A DNA stretch of 64,000 nt from IMG/VR virus record IMGVR_UViG_3300031991_000033; one strand, 5' to 3'. A program made the position numbers and the translations under genes. Under the pieces are notes generated by a model that was not told the DNA's origin, did not search any database, and was given only the letters and a program-made list of their open reading frames with translations. The stretch is from a virus. Position 1 is the stretch's first letter; each line of letters begins with the position of its first letter. Positions 53,267-63,543 of the stretch are shown here, in pieces.

Positions 53267-54883
53267 CTACTCTTTGCTTTTTACATGTGCAGCTTTCATG
53301 AAGCCGTTGAATAACGGTGCTGGCGACCCCAAACGACTCTTAAACTCTGGATGAGCTTGCGTCCCGACAAAGAAAGGATGCGTAGAGGGGTCTAATTCCA
53401 TGATTTCCACAAGTTCTGTCTGTGGATTGCGTCCTGACACCTTAAAGCCTTTTTTGGAGTATTCCTTGGTGAAAGCGTCGGCAACCTCATATCGGTGGCG
53501 GTGCCTTTCGCTAATAGCTTTCTTGCCATACAGTTCTCTGGCGATGGTGTCTTTCTTGATTTCGCAGTCATAAGAACCGAGTCTCATGGTTCCAGACTTT
53601 TTGCGAATACTCTCTTGTCCTTGTACGAACTCAATAACATTCGTACCATCTTGTTTGAACTCCTCGCTCGTGGCATCTGGAATGCCGATCACATTGCGTG
53701 CAAATTCAATAACCGCACATTGTAGACCGAGACAAATGCCAAAAAATGGGATTTTCTTTTCACGAACGTAGTTGATTGCATTGATTTTGCCTTCAACTCC
53801 ACGCACATCGAAGCCGCCCGGAACAACCACACCATGAATGCCTTCAAAATGACGCCAAACACTACGGCGGTCAGTAGCACCTTCTAGGTCTTCTGCATTG
53901 ATCCAACGGATGTCACAAAGAACGTTGTTCTCAACGGCAGCGTGTACCAGAGCTTCTTTGAGTGAGATATAAGCTTCAGAACAGTTCTCATATTTCCCAA
54001 CAATGCCGATGGTTACCTTTTGGAGTTCGGCACCATTATTGTAACGTTCAACTAGCTCTTTGTATTTGTGAATACGACAGCCAGTTCTTCGAAGCTGAAA
54101 CATATCCACAAATAGATCATCAATATGACGTTTCCAAAATTCAATCGGAACCTCGTAAATCGACTTCACATCTGGTGCGTCAAAAACAGCACTACGAGAA
54201 ACGCCTGTCAATTTTGAGACTTTATCCATCAACTCATCTGGAAGTGGTCTGTCTACTCGACAAAGTAGAATATCGGGCTGCAAACCAGTCGCTTGGAGTG
54301 AACGCACGGCATTTTGGAGCGGTTTGGTTTTGAATTCTTTGACAGTATCGTTCCAAATGATTGGAGCAACCATTACAACAGAAACGTCGTTTGGTTTAGC
54401 CTGTTTGAATTGACGAATCGACTCAAACAAAGCACCACTTTCAAAATCGCCTACTGTTCCACCAATTTCAACAATTGTAATGTCAGACTCTTTGCCGACA
54501 TTGTAGAGATGATCTTGGATTTTGTTTGTGACGTGGGGGACAATCTGAACGGTTTCGCCGAGGAATTTACCTTCTGCCTCTTCTTGGAGAAGGCTCTGGT
54601 AAAGCATTCCACTTGTAAAGATGTTCTTTTGAGACATCTCAATGCCGGTGATACGTTCGTAATGACCAAGATCAAGGTCTGTTTCCGAACCATCTTCACA
54701 AAGGAAGACTTCTCCGTGCTGACGTGGATTCATCGTACCTGCGTTCAAATTCAGGTACGGGTCACATTTGATTAGTTGGACATCTACCCCTCGCATTTTA
54801 AGCAGAAGCCCAATAGAAGCGGCACTGATGCCCTTGCCAGTGCCGCTATAAACCCCACCAACGACTACAATATACTTGCTCAT
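53267..54883 (-). CDS. pyrG: CTP synthase
   Basis: KYIVVVGGVYSGTGKG, DPYLN.NAGTMNP.QHGEVF, ETDLDLGHYER, EIGGTVGD, KTKPLQ, VPGGF, GICLGLQ, ERHRHRYE and QAHPEFKS. Confidence 0.98.
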   Translation of the reverse strand: MSKYIVVVGGVYSGTGKGISAASIGLLLKMRGVDVQLIKCDPYLNLNAGTMNPRQHGEVFLCEDGSETDLDLGHYERITGIEMSQKNIFTSGMLYQSLLQEEAEGKFLGETVQIVPHVTNKIQDHLYNVGKESDITIVEIGGTVGDFESGALFESIRQFKQAKPNDVSVVMVAPIIWNDTVKEFKTKPLQNAVRSLQATGLQPDILLCRVDRPLPDELMDKVSKLTGVSRSAVFDAPDVKSIYEVPIEFWKRHIDDLFVDMFQLRRTGCRIHKYKELVERYNNGAELQKVTIGIVGKYENCSEAYISLKEALVHAAVENNVLCDIRWINAEDLEGATDRRSVWRHFEGIHGVVVPGGFDVRGVEGKINAINYVREKKIPFFGICLGLQCAVIEFARNVIGIPDATSEEFKQDGTNVIEFVQGQESIRKKSGTMRLGSYDCEIKKDTIARELYGKKAISERHRHRYEVADAFTKEYSKKGFKVSGRNPQTELVEIMELDPSTHPFFVGTQAHPEFKSRLGSPAPLFNGFMKAAHVKSKE

Positions 54884-54930
54884 TTACAATACTCTCCTCG
54901 TCCCTATATGCGAGTATGTATCGTTGTGAA

Positions 54931-55140
54931 TTACGACCGTGTGTTACTATTCGAGAACTGTGTCTTAATACCGCCTCGAATAATGAACGTTAGCCAAGCA
55001 ACGGCACACCACGAGTAAAAGTTGATGGGAATCTCTGTGTGAAAGAGAAAGTTGATAGACCATAATGTGAAGATGGGACCGATGGCGATCACCAACACGA
55101 AAACGCCTAAAGTCAGAAGAACGCCGATAACTTTGTCCAC
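54931..55140 (-). CDS. Small membrane protein
   Basis: AAGGAG RBS; two hydrophobic segments. Confidence 0.7.
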   Translation of the reverse strand: MDKVIGVLLTLGVFVLVIAIGPIFTLWSINFLFHTEIPINFYSWCAVAWLTFIIRGGIKTQFSNSNTRS

Positions 55141-55144
55141 GATT

Positions 55145-55618
55145 TCACTCCTTCCTATGGGGTGCAGGCAACAGGACTACTTTAACAATATCCGCCGCTT
55201 CTTCCAAGGTCGTGACTCGAAAACCGATACATTCGGTGATCATTGGATGTTCGTGTGGGTTACCTGATGGCTCCATAATGGCAACCACAGGTGTCTGGAA
55301 CGCTTTAGCCCAAGCAATTTCCATGACCGTTCCAATGGAAACTTTGTCTGCACCCAGAAGGTTTGCAACCAAAACATCACAGCGTTTACAATCATTGTAA
55401 TCACGGGTTGTGATACCCCTTGCAGAAGACAAAACAATCTTCTCATACGATGCTGCGATGCTCTCAGAACCTTCTAGGTATGTTTTGCCACGCAAAGGAC
55501 TCATACCTGCGATTTCATCAGGCAGGAGTTGGATGAAATCTTCACGCCAGTCTACGGCACCGTCGAAAGAAAGCCCTGTGATTGGTCCAGCCAAATACGC
55601 AATATACTTCTTACTCAT
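55145..55618 (-). CDS. Nucleoside 2-deoxyribosyltransferase / nucleotide N-glycosidase family protein
   Basis: YLAGPI, RDYNDCKRCDVLVANL and SIGTVMEIAWA. Confidence 0.85.
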   Translation of the reverse strand: MSKKYIAYLAGPITGLSFDGAVDWREDFIQLLPDEIAGMSPLRGKTYLEGSESIAASYEKIVLSSARGITTRDYNDCKRCDVLVANLLGADKVSIGTVMEIAWAKAFQTPVVAIMEPSGNPHEHPMITECIGFRVTTLEEAADIVKVVLLPAPHRKE

Positions 55619-55964
55619 TTTCTTGTTCCTTCAATTTTTGTCCATACTTTGTAAGGATTGGTTGGGTTTCTAAATTGGGTGGATTTGGACAGTAAAAATA
55701 CCCAACTTCAGGTACAGTAAGGTCACGAATCATCTGCAAAAAACCAATTGTTTCATCCAAATCGACCATCTTTAGACCCGACTCAAGCTTTTCTGTAAGC
55801 TTGTCTATCGTTCGGTCCAAAACTTTCTGAATTGTCGGCACCACTTCTTCCTCTTTCATCGGGTGTTGAACACCACAAAACTTGAGGACGACAGGACCGT
55901 TTTCTTCTTTGTCCTCATACACTCTGAAATCGCCAATCTTCTCTTTCATTCGAAGTACCATCAA
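55611..55964 (-). CDS. Hypothetical protein
   Basis: 117-aa ORF coupled to the carbamoyltransferase stop. Confidence 0.65.
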   Translation of the reverse strand: MMVLRMKEKIGDFRVYEDKEENGPVVLKFCGVQHPMKEEEVVPTIQKVLDRTIDKLTEKLESGLKMVDLDETIGFLQMIRDLTVPEVGYFYCPNPPNLETQPILTKYGQKLKEQENE

Positions 55965-57409
55965 AGCACCTTTACGTTGTAAGCACGCTCAAAGTCTCGT
56001 GCGTCTTGTTCGTCGTCAACCATCGGCATACCACGAATGTTTAAGCTGGTGTTCAGTAACATCGGACACCCGGTTGACTCATAGAATCGCACCAGTAAAT
56101 CGTAATATCCGGGGTTTTGTTCCCTTGTAATAGTCTGAATCCTTGAAGTGCCATCCACATGCACAATCGCTGGAAACATTTCTGGGAATTTACAGCGAAC
56201 AGTGTACTGCATGTATGGTGAGTCTTGCAAGCCTATTTCTTTAAGGTCGAAATACTGGTTTGCAAATTGTTTAAGAACAACGGGAGCGAACGGTCTAAAT
56301 TTCTGTCGCCTCTTAATCTCATTGACCTTATTCTTCATCTCCAAAGTCCGAGGATCAGCTAAGAGCGATCTGTTTCCGAAAGCTCTTGGACCGAACTCAG
56401 CACGACCATTTGCGACACCAACGATGTTGCCCTTGAGTAGTTCTTCATGTGTTTGTTCCACTGGATATGGGCGGTCGATATTGTTGCCGAGATACGGACC
56501 CTTCCAATCTAAGCGAACACCGGCATGGTATGCTGCACAACCCAGCGAAGAGCCTGCATCGCCGGGATTAGGCATGATCCAAACTTTGTCGAAGTATTTG
56601 TGCAACAAACGATTTGCAACACAGTTCAATGCCACGCCGCCCATGAATACAAGGTTGTCAGATAGACCAGTGTATTTGGAAAGAATGGAATCGAGACAGT
56701 ATTCAGTCACTCTTTGAATGCTGGCAGCTAAGTCTTCTTTCTTAGCGTGCGGCATCCAATTACCAATTCCCTTATGAACATTTCGACGAAGAGCAAATGT
56801 TGGACTTTTCAAAAAGTCACGAACAATCTCGGTATCGTAGATGGGTTCACCATAAGGTGCCATACCCATCAAAATGTATTCTTCCTCATTGGGGATCAAC
56901 CCACAACGTTGCGTGAACGCAGTGTATAACATGCCCAATGAATGAGGGTAATTGACCTCATCGTGAAGATCAATTTTTGTACCATCACCATGCCAAACAG
57001 TAATTGTGTTTTCTTCGCCAAGTGAGTCGATACAAAGAATACAGGCGTCTTCAAATGGACTGGTAAGAAAGCCAGCGGCAGCGTGTGAGAGATGATGTTT
57101 GACGGAAACAACCTCTTGTTTGATTCCAAACTTACGCATATAGCGGTTTGGCCAACGGTCGAGGTTAAAAAGATATTGCCATTGGAAATTTTTGAACTGT
57201 CGCCACTTCTTCAGCCAACGATCCTCGAACCATACAACAGAATCGGGCGACCCATATTCAAGAGCCGCCCGAATGATTTTGTCGTTGAGATGTGGGTCGT
57301 TCTTGACTTTCGAATACCGCTCTGCGTGTGCTGCAAAAAGGATTTGATTTCCATCGATTACAGATATCGATGCATCATGCGTTAATGCACTTATGCCCCA
57401 TGTGATCAT
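55961..57409 (-). CDS. O-carbamoyltransferase (NodU/CmcH/TobZ family)
   Basis: HDAS, ERYSKVKND, HHLSHAA, SLGMLY, EEYILMGMAPYG, GGVALNC, PGDAGSSLG, EFGPRAFGNRS, KRRQKFRPFAP, VHVDGTSRIQT and LLNTSLN; GGAG RBS before ATG 57409. Confidence 0.95.
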   Translation of the reverse strand: MITWGISALTHDASISVIDGNQILFAAHAERYSKVKNDPHLNDKIIRAALEYGSPDSVVWFEDRWLKKWRQFKNFQWQYLFNLDRWPNRYMRKFGIKQEVVSVKHHLSHAAAGFLTSPFEDACILCIDSLGEENTITVWHGDGTKIDLHDEVNYPHSLGMLYTAFTQRCGLIPNEEEYILMGMAPYGEPIYDTEIVRDFLKSPTFALRRNVHKGIGNWMPHAKKEDLAASIQRVTEYCLDSILSKYTGLSDNLVFMGGVALNCVANRLLHKYFDKVWIMPNPGDAGSSLGCAAYHAGVRLDWKGPYLGNNIDRPYPVEQTHEELLKGNIVGVANGRAEFGPRAFGNRSLLADPRTLEMKNKVNEIKRRQKFRPFAPVVLKQFANQYFDLKEIGLQDSPYMQYTVRCKFPEMFPAIVHVDGTSRIQTITREQNPGYYDLLVRFYESTGCPMLLNTSLNIRGMPMVDDEQDARDFERAYNVKVL

Positions 57410-57413
57410 GTTC

Positions 57414-58223
57414 CTACTCCACAGGAATTTTCTCTTTTTGGCGAGCCTCAGCCCATTCCTTAGAAAACTTAGGGTGATTCCAAGTAATTCTCGTGATGTC
57501 AGATCGTTCTTTGAATTTTGTCCAATCAAACTTACCTGTTGTGTTTTTACATTCAACAACACGCTGATCGGGTGTGGCACCTTTCCCATGAAACCAGCTT
57601 TGCATTGAGATCACTTTGTCACACATGATTTGACTATCACGAACAAGACCATAATGCCAAATTTGTATTCCGTCTACACGGTTTGTGCAGCAAGTGTCTC
57701 CGCTTACGCCAAGGGACTCGGCATCTCCGACAGCATTCCAATGTTTGAGTCCAAGTCTGTTGACGATATCACTACAAGGTTTGCGATCCTGTGGCAAATC
57801 AAAACGCAGATAGTGGTTCATGTCACCAAACAAATTGATACGTCGGCACTGGAATGACTCATAGCCATACTTCTGTGCGATATTGACTGCCTTTTTGATC
57901 TCCAAGCGGCTATCTTCGTGGACAACCTCGTCTGCTTGAAGCATAAAATGCCAGTCGGTATTGAGTAGTTGTTTGGCTTGGTTGGCTAGAATGGAGAGGC
58001 GTTCGTAGTTTTGAGCACACTCCCATTGGGCACCAGCGGCAACTCTTAGGTTAGGGTGTTGTTCTTTGCAAGCGTGCATTAAGTCGAGAGTTTCATCATC
58101 GCTTTGTGCATCAAGAACAACAACCTCATCACACACATAACACAAACTTGCAATTGCTTCTTTGAGGCAATAGTCAAATTTCACTGCATTGTGTGCGAAG
58201 ATGCTTCCGCCTAAGCTTGGCAT
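57414..58223 (-). CDS. GT2-family glycosyltransferase
   Basis: CLKEAIASL...DEVVVLDAQSDDET and DWHFMLQADEVVH; GGAG RBS before ATG 58223. Confidence 0.85.
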   Translation of the reverse strand: MPSLGGSIFAHNAVKFDYCLKEAIASLCYVCDEVVVLDAQSDDETLDLMHACKEQHPNLRVAAGAQWECAQNYERLSILANQAKQLLNTDWHFMLQADEVVHEDSRLEIKKAVNIAQKYGYESFQCRRINLFGDMNHYLRFDLPQDRKPCSDIVNRLGLKHWNAVGDAESLGVSGDTCCTNRVDGIQIWHYGLVRDSQIMCDKVISMQSWFHGKGATPDQRVVECKNTTGKFDWTKFKERSDITRITWNHPKFSKEWAEARQKEKIPVE

Positions 58224-58798
58224 AGACCCAACTCCTGCACGACTCTCTCGAAGTCGCTTTTCATATCGACGTTTTTGTTGTACCATGAGAAAAAAGCTCC
58301 AATTCCCAACGTTGGATGATAACGTTTGAGAGTGATGGTAGCCCATCCGGGGAAATCATCTGCTGACCAAACGGACTTGTGACTTTCTGGATTCTCCCAC
58401 TTGTCGTCGCCCGGCGACGACATACACCAAGGATCGGCTGGTGTGAAGATAATCGAAAGATCGGCAATCGCTACCATTCGGTCTCTCAGTAAAAGACCTT
58501 GTTCTTTTGTAACATGCTCAATGCCGTCTAAGCATGTTGCAACATCCCAATGTTCATTGAACAATTCATGTTCTTTGAGGACATCGGTTTGAACAAAAAA
58601 ATTTTGTTCACTAGGGTGTGCCAACGTTCTTTCAATTACGTCGAGATAACGACGCTTTTCAAAGCCCAAAACACCTGTGAGTTGTGCGTGACAACAACAC
58701 AGGTCGATTAGGCTCCGATAATTTCCATTGATCATGGATCGAAGATAGGCTTCCGCTAAAGGAAAGCTTCCTTCTAAATCGTGTACTACACAATGCAT
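58211..58798 (-). CDS. Methyltransferase-like protein
   Basis: Motif-I-like LIDLCC; WDVATCLDGIEHV; IIFTP; HKSVW. Confidence 0.65.
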   Translation of the reverse strand: MHCVVHDLEGSFPLAEAYLRSMINGNYRSLIDLCCCHAQLTGVLGFEKRRYLDVIERTLAHPSEQNFFVQTDVLKEHELFNEHWDVATCLDGIEHVTKEQGLLLRDRMVAIADLSIIFTPADPWCMSSPGDDKWENPESHKSVWSADDFPGWATITLKRYHPTLGIGAFFSWYNKNVDMKSDFERVVQELGLCQA

Positions 58799-58807
58799 AT
58801 TTATTCC

Positions 58808-60460
58808 TTAGCTTTCACATGACTGACAAGTCAAGATACTTCTTGTGAGTTGTTGTGCAGCATTGACGCTAATCTGGTAGTACAACGACTTAACACCAAG
58901 ACGCCAAGCTTCAATCAAAAGTGCATTGACATCCTTGGCTGGAACCTTTGGATCGATCATCAAATTCAAAGACTGAGACTGGTCGATGTAACGCTGCCGC
59001 TGTCCTGCTTGAATGATGATTTCCTTGGGCGAAATTTCGATGAATGTCTTAAAGACGTTCTTCTCATGTTCCGTCAAGAATGACAAATGCTGAACACTAC
59101 CGGCATGTTTGAGGATACTGTCCCAAACCTCGTTGGTGTTCTTACCTTTGGATTCCAGAAGTTCTTCAAGATGCTTATTCTTGATCGTGAATTTGCCCTT
59201 CTGCAAGTCCTTGATCATTATATTAGCTCTGTGTGGTTCAATTTCTTCGGAGACCTGTCCGAGGATGAACGCCGAAGATTTCGTTGGTGCAATGGCTGTC
59301 AAGGTTGTATTGCGACGACCGTAACCCTTCAAAATCTCTGGTTCACCAAAGATTTGTGCCAATTTCTTGGATGCTGCCCATGATTGTTCTTTAATGGTGC
59401 GAGCAACTTGTGTATTGAACAACTTGGCTTCCATGCTTTCGAATGGAATCATTTTGCTCTGCAAGTAGCTGTGCCATCCCAACCAACCAATACCAATTGC
59501 ACGATGACGCTCTGCGAAACGCACAGCACGATCAAGGAATGGCACATCTCTAGCCTTTTCGATGAAGTCGGTCATCACTGCATCAAGCAGGAATGTAAGA
59601 ACTTCAACGGCATCCGTGTCTTTCCATTCGTCAAAGTACAGAATGTTCATGCTGCTCAAATCGCAGACGAACGCTTCGAGGATATCGTCTGGCAACATGA
59701 TCTCACTACAAAGATTGGAATGCAAAATACGCAAACCCAAGTCTTTGTAAACATCGACAGTATTGTTGTTGGCAGTGTCAGAGAACATGATATACGGGAA
59801 GCCCGTATTTGTTCTAGCTGAAAGCACTTTCGCCCAAGTTTTGCGTTTGTCTTGATCGCCGTCGATCATCGACTGCATCCACTCGTCGGAAACAGTAATG
59901 CCAGTAAACAGGTCTTGGAGTGGATTGCCTTCGGATCGAATCTCAAGAAATTCGTGAATATCAGCGTGTTCAATAGGCAGGTAAGCGGCGAAATTTCCTC
60001 GTCGGGTCTTGCCTTGGCTTACGATATTGATCAAATTATCGAACAACTGCATAAAGTGGACAGAGCCGAAACTCTCGCCGTTGTCACGAATTGGTGTTCC
60101 ACGAGGGCGTAATGCTCCAAAGTAACCGGAAGTGCCGCCCCCCACCTTAGACATCATACCGACTTCAGCGTGTGTGCTTAGAATAGACACCATGCTGTCA
60201 TCGATATATGATCCGAAGCACGAGATAGGCAAACCTCTAGCAACACCAAAGTTCGTCCAAACAGGTGTGCTCAACGAGAACCAACCCTTTTGGAAGTAAC
60301 TCTTAAACTTGGCACCAAACCCTTCCATGCCAAGAATTTCTTCGGCACGAGCGGCAATTTGATCCACTCGTTGATCTACTGTTTGACCGGGAAGAAGGTA
60401 ATCCCGTTCCAAAAATTGTTGTGACTCTGCGGTCAACCATCTGTAATCGCCGTTGCTCAT
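58808..60460 (-). CDS. nrdA: Ribonucleotide reductase class I alpha subunit (short, no ATP cone)
   Basis: STPVWTN, LPISCF, GGGTS, QGKTRRG, SNLCSEI, CDLSSMN, AIAPTKSS, DQSQSLN, KSLYY and C-terminal CQSCE. Confidence 0.97.
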   Translation of the reverse strand: MSNGDYRWLTAESQQFLERDYLLPGQTVDQRVDQIAARAEEILGMEGFGAKFKSYFQKGWFSLSTPVWTNFGVARGLPISCFGSYIDDSMVSILSTHAEVGMMSKVGGGTSGYFGALRPRGTPIRDNGESFGSVHFMQLFDNLINIVSQGKTRRGNFAAYLPIEHADIHEFLEIRSEGNPLQDLFTGITVSDEWMQSMIDGDQDKRKTWAKVLSARTNTGFPYIMFSDTANNNTVDVYKDLGLRILHSNLCSEIMLPDDILEAFVCDLSSMNILYFDEWKDTDAVEVLTFLLDAVMTDFIEKARDVPFLDRAVRFAERHRAIGIGWLGWHSYLQSKMIPFESMEAKLFNTQVARTIKEQSWAASKKLAQIFGEPEILKGYGRRNTTLTAIAPTKSSAFILGQVSEEIEPHRANIMIKDLQKGKFTIKNKHLEELLESKGKNTNEVWDSILKHAGSVQHLSFLTEHEKNVFKTFIEISPKEIIIQAGQRQRYIDQSQSLNLMIDPKVPAKDVNALLIEAWRLGVKSLYYQISVNAAQQLTRSILTCQSCES

Positions 60461-61431
60461 TAGAATAAATCTCCTGCTGTGATAGCTTGCATTTTCTTGC
60501 TATATGTTACTGGTTTCTTGTGGAAGAAGTCGGTGTTTACGTCAGAGTGAATCTCGTCGTAAAACCACCTAAGTGCCTCCAACTTCTCTGTATCCACTTC
60601 GAAGATACCTTCTGTGCCAATCAATACCAAACTTTCATTGAAACGATCCTTAACGAATTCAACCACAAGGTCTTTGGTTAAGAAGTCAAGATCACCAGCT
60701 TCAAACATCCAGTCGATAATCTTCACTTCGGCGTCATAAGCCTTTTGGCAAGCCCGTTTCAATTTGGCATAGAACTCTTCGTTAAACCACTCAGGAAACT
60801 CGTTTTTGATGTGGTTGATGAGACAGACGCCGAACATGGCGTGTATCTGTTCTTCTTTCTGCGTTGCCTGCACAACATTGTCGATGTCTTTCAAGATGTT
60901 CTTGTGTTTATTGAACGACTTGATGACAACGAACTGGCTGAACAAGCTGACGTACTCGATAAAGATCGAGAACAGAGTCAACGTCAGTGTGTAATTTTGG
61001 TTGGAATTGTCTGCCGCACCTTTCAGGTACTTCGACAGATAATCTACTCGACCTTGAATAACCGGGTTCTGCAACAACATTGCAAATTGATCATTCAAAC
61101 CTAGAACTTCCAGCAAGTGTGAATATGCGTCGGCATGACGTACTTCACTCTCTCCAAAAGTTGTACCAACCTGATCGAACTCCGCTTTTGGAAAGCGATC
61201 ACCCAAGTTTGTCCAAAACTTCTTTACAGATACTTCGATCTGCGAAATGACTAACATGGCGTTTTTGAGAGCGTTCTTTTCGACTTCATTTAGTTTCTTG
61301 AAGTCGTGGATGTCGCTCGTAAAGTTCCATTCTGTATGTAGCCAGTAGCTATGTCGAATGGCATCTTTGTATTCCATGATGTCGGGGTATTCAAATGGTT
61401 TGAACGCCACCCTTTTATCAAAGATTCCCAT
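60460..61431 (-). CDS. nrdB: Ribonucleotide reductase class I beta subunit
   Basis: KPFEYP, W...E, QIEVSV, ESEVRHADAY, IEYVSLFSQF, EEQIH and DFFHKKPVTY. Confidence 0.97.
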   Translation of the reverse strand: MGIFDKRVAFKPFEYPDIMEYKDAIRHSYWLHTEWNFTSDIHDFKKLNEVEKNALKNAMLVISQIEVSVKKFWTNLGDRFPKAEFDQVGTTFGESEVRHADAYSHLLEVLGLNDQFAMLLQNPVIQGRVDYLSKYLKGAADNSNQNYTLTLTLFSIFIEYVSLFSQFVVIKSFNKHKNILKDIDNVVQATQKEEQIHAMFGVCLINHIKNEFPEWFNEEFYAKLKRACQKAYDAEVKIIDWMFEAGDLDFLTKDLVVEFVKDRFNESLVLIGTEGIFEVDTEKLEALRWFYDEIHSDVNTDFFHKKPVTYSKKMQAITAGDLF

Positions 61432-61484
61432 AATCTTTCTCCTCGTATTCTATTTTCGGTGAGGGTATCTAACGTTGATAGAGA

Positions 61485-61524
61485 TAAAAAATGGGCTATT
61501 AACCAAACAGGTTGAACAGCCCAT
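61485..61524 (-). terminator. Intrinsic terminator downstream of the SbcC-like gene
   Basis: Minus strand ATGGGCT...AGCCCAT stem followed by TTTTT. Confidence 0.7.
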
Positions 61525-61545
61525 CTTGTTAAGCAAGCGGCGTGT

Positions 61546-63543
61546 TTAAGATACGAGGGTTGTGATGTCATCTTCTTTGACAAGCACGATTTCTTCGTAC
61601 CCATCAAGCATGTCCAATAGGTATTGATTGTGAGTTGTAATGAACACTTGACGCTCCTTAGACAACTCACAGATCATGTTGAAAACACCGCTAACACCAG
61701 ACTTGTCGATACCACCACCGGTGATTTCGTCAAGGAAGGCAAGTGACGGACAACTACCAGAATTCAACATCATTACGTAAGCAAACGATTGTGAAACAGC
61801 AAGGTTCACTCGCTGTTTTTCTCCGTTAGACAACGCCGGATAGTACGCATCCACACCATTGCGTTTGATGGTTTCAACAAGTTCATTGTCAAAAGAAAGT
61901 TCGATTTGACCTTCATAAAGATGTTCCATCCAGTATGCAATGCGTGCATTGAGTGCCGGGATGATTCCATCAACAACAAACTTGCGAATACCCTTATCTC
62001 CAAACGCCTTCACCCAGAAATCGTAATAAGGAAGTTGGTCTTCAGCGATCTTCAACTTGGCGACCTTTTCGTCCTTTTCGATCTCTTTCTCTTTCTTCTC
62101 TTCGATTGCAGCGGTCAGAATTTCCTTGTAAGGCGAACCGCCTTCAAGTTCCTCTCGCTTGTTCTTGATTTGCTTCTTCAACTCAGTGACTTCGGATTCC
62201 AAAACTTGTTGTTTGGCATCCATGTCTGGTTTCGGGAGCTTCGCCAATTCATTCATTTCACGCACATTGGAAGCACACTTCTTTTCAAAAGCAGACAATG
62301 TTGCTTCTGCTTTCGTGATGATTTCTTCCAACTTGACGATATTGACCTGATGTTCCTTGAACTTTGTCAATTCGTCGGTAATTGCACTCTTTGCTTTGGC
62401 AACCTCTGAACCACGAGCGTCAATCGTGTGTTGCTCATGATCAAGCACACTTTGATAGTTACTTGGATCAATCGTTGCATGACAAACAGGGCATTTGGCA
62501 CCAACAGCCAAGTTGCTCAAATCTGCAACCAAGCTTTCGCTCTTCTCAATATCACCCTCTGCCTGTCGGACAACATTGTTGTGGTCTTGAATGCGTTCGT
62601 TAACCTCATCTTTCAAGGTTTTGAGAACGGCGACCTTTTCCTTGGCTGTCTTCAAAGCTTCAGCAGTAGAGACCTTCTTTTCGTTGGCTTCGTCGATCTC
62701 GGCTTGCAATACAACAATGCGTTCTTGGGCAGCTTGGTATTTCTCCAATTCGCCGCCAGTGTCCAATTGTTGTAAAGCCTCTTGCTTGGTTTTGACGGTA
62801 GACATCAGCTTTGCAGCTTCAGCCATCTTGGTTTTCTTCCAAGTGTCTTCCTGAGTTTCAACTTTTGCAATTCGACTATTGCACTGCTCAAGCTCAACTT
62901 GACATCGCTCATAGTCTGCTGTGAGGTTCTTCACTTCCAGCTTGGCATCCTTCTGCATATCTTTGGCAATATCGTGATATTCACGATATTGATCGAGACC
63001 AAGCAGGTTTTCCACGATGGTGCGTTTAGTCGGAGTATCTGACTCAAGGAACGCATACGTGTTGCTGTCATCAAACACCACGACATTACAGAATGCCTGA
63101 TGCGTCATACCAACAATGCCTTCGATGGTTTCTTGTGTATCCTTCATGGTGCCACGAGTAATTTCAGACTCGTCGTCCCAAAGATGATCTTTGCTGCACC
63201 AGATACGCAGTTTGTTAGGACCACGCTGACGTAGGATTCGATAATCACCGAACTGCACTTCAACTTCCAGTCCCTTGCCGTCCGCTTTGGCGTTGATGAT
63301 TCTCTCATGACCCATCTGCTTCGGCTTCTTTACAGTCTTGCCGTAAATTGCGTAAGCCAAAACGTCTTGGATACTCGACTTACCGCTTCCGTTGGAAGCA
63401 GGAGAGTCATCGGTTCCCGTGTCTTTGTTGAATCCCTTGACCAAAATGATCGGTCCAAAGTCTTCCAAAAAGAACTCGACACCTTCTTTGCCGAAGCACA
63501 GCATGTTTTTGGCACGGAGATAACGGAACTTCAAATCAATCAT
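61546..63543 (-). CDS. SbcC/Rad50/T4 gp46-like recombination ATPase
   Basis: Walker A SNGSGKSS, coiled coil with CPVC Zn hook, signature LSNGEKQR and Walker B AFLDE. Confidence 0.95.
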   Translation of the reverse strand: MIDLKFRYLRAKNMLCFGKEGVEFFLEDFGPIILVKGFNKDTGTDDSPASNGSGKSSIQDVLAYAIYGKTVKKPKQMGHERIINAKADGKGLEVEVQFGDYRILRQRGPNKLRIWCSKDHLWDDESEITRGTMKDTQETIEGIVGMTHQAFCNVVVFDDSNTYAFLESDTPTKRTIVENLLGLDQYREYHDIAKDMQKDAKLEVKNLTADYERCQVELEQCNSRIAKVETQEDTWKKTKMAEAAKLMSTVKTKQEALQQLDTGGELEKYQAAQERIVVLQAEIDEANEKKVSTAEALKTAKEKVAVLKTLKDEVNERIQDHNNVVRQAEGDIEKSESLVADLSNLAVGAKCPVCHATIDPSNYQSVLDHEQHTIDARGSEVAKAKSAITDELTKFKEHQVNIVKLEEIITKAEATLSAFEKKCASNVREMNELAKLPKPDMDAKQQVLESEVTELKKQIKNKREELEGGSPYKEILTAAIEEKKEKEIEKDEKVAKLKIAEDQLPYYDFWVKAFGDKGIRKFVVDGIIPALNARIAYWMEHLYEGQIELSFDNELVETIKRNGVDAYYPALSNGEKQRVNLAVSQSFAYVMMLNSGSCPSLAFLDEITGGGIDKSGVSGVFNMICELSKERQVFITTHNQYLLDMLDGYEEIVLVKEDDITTLVS

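Noticed and set aside
58808-61431. Intron or intein in the RNR genes (common in large phages)
   Set aside because: Both ORFs are continuous, of normal short class I length, with all catalytic motifs in order and no intein Cys/His-Asn boundaries.
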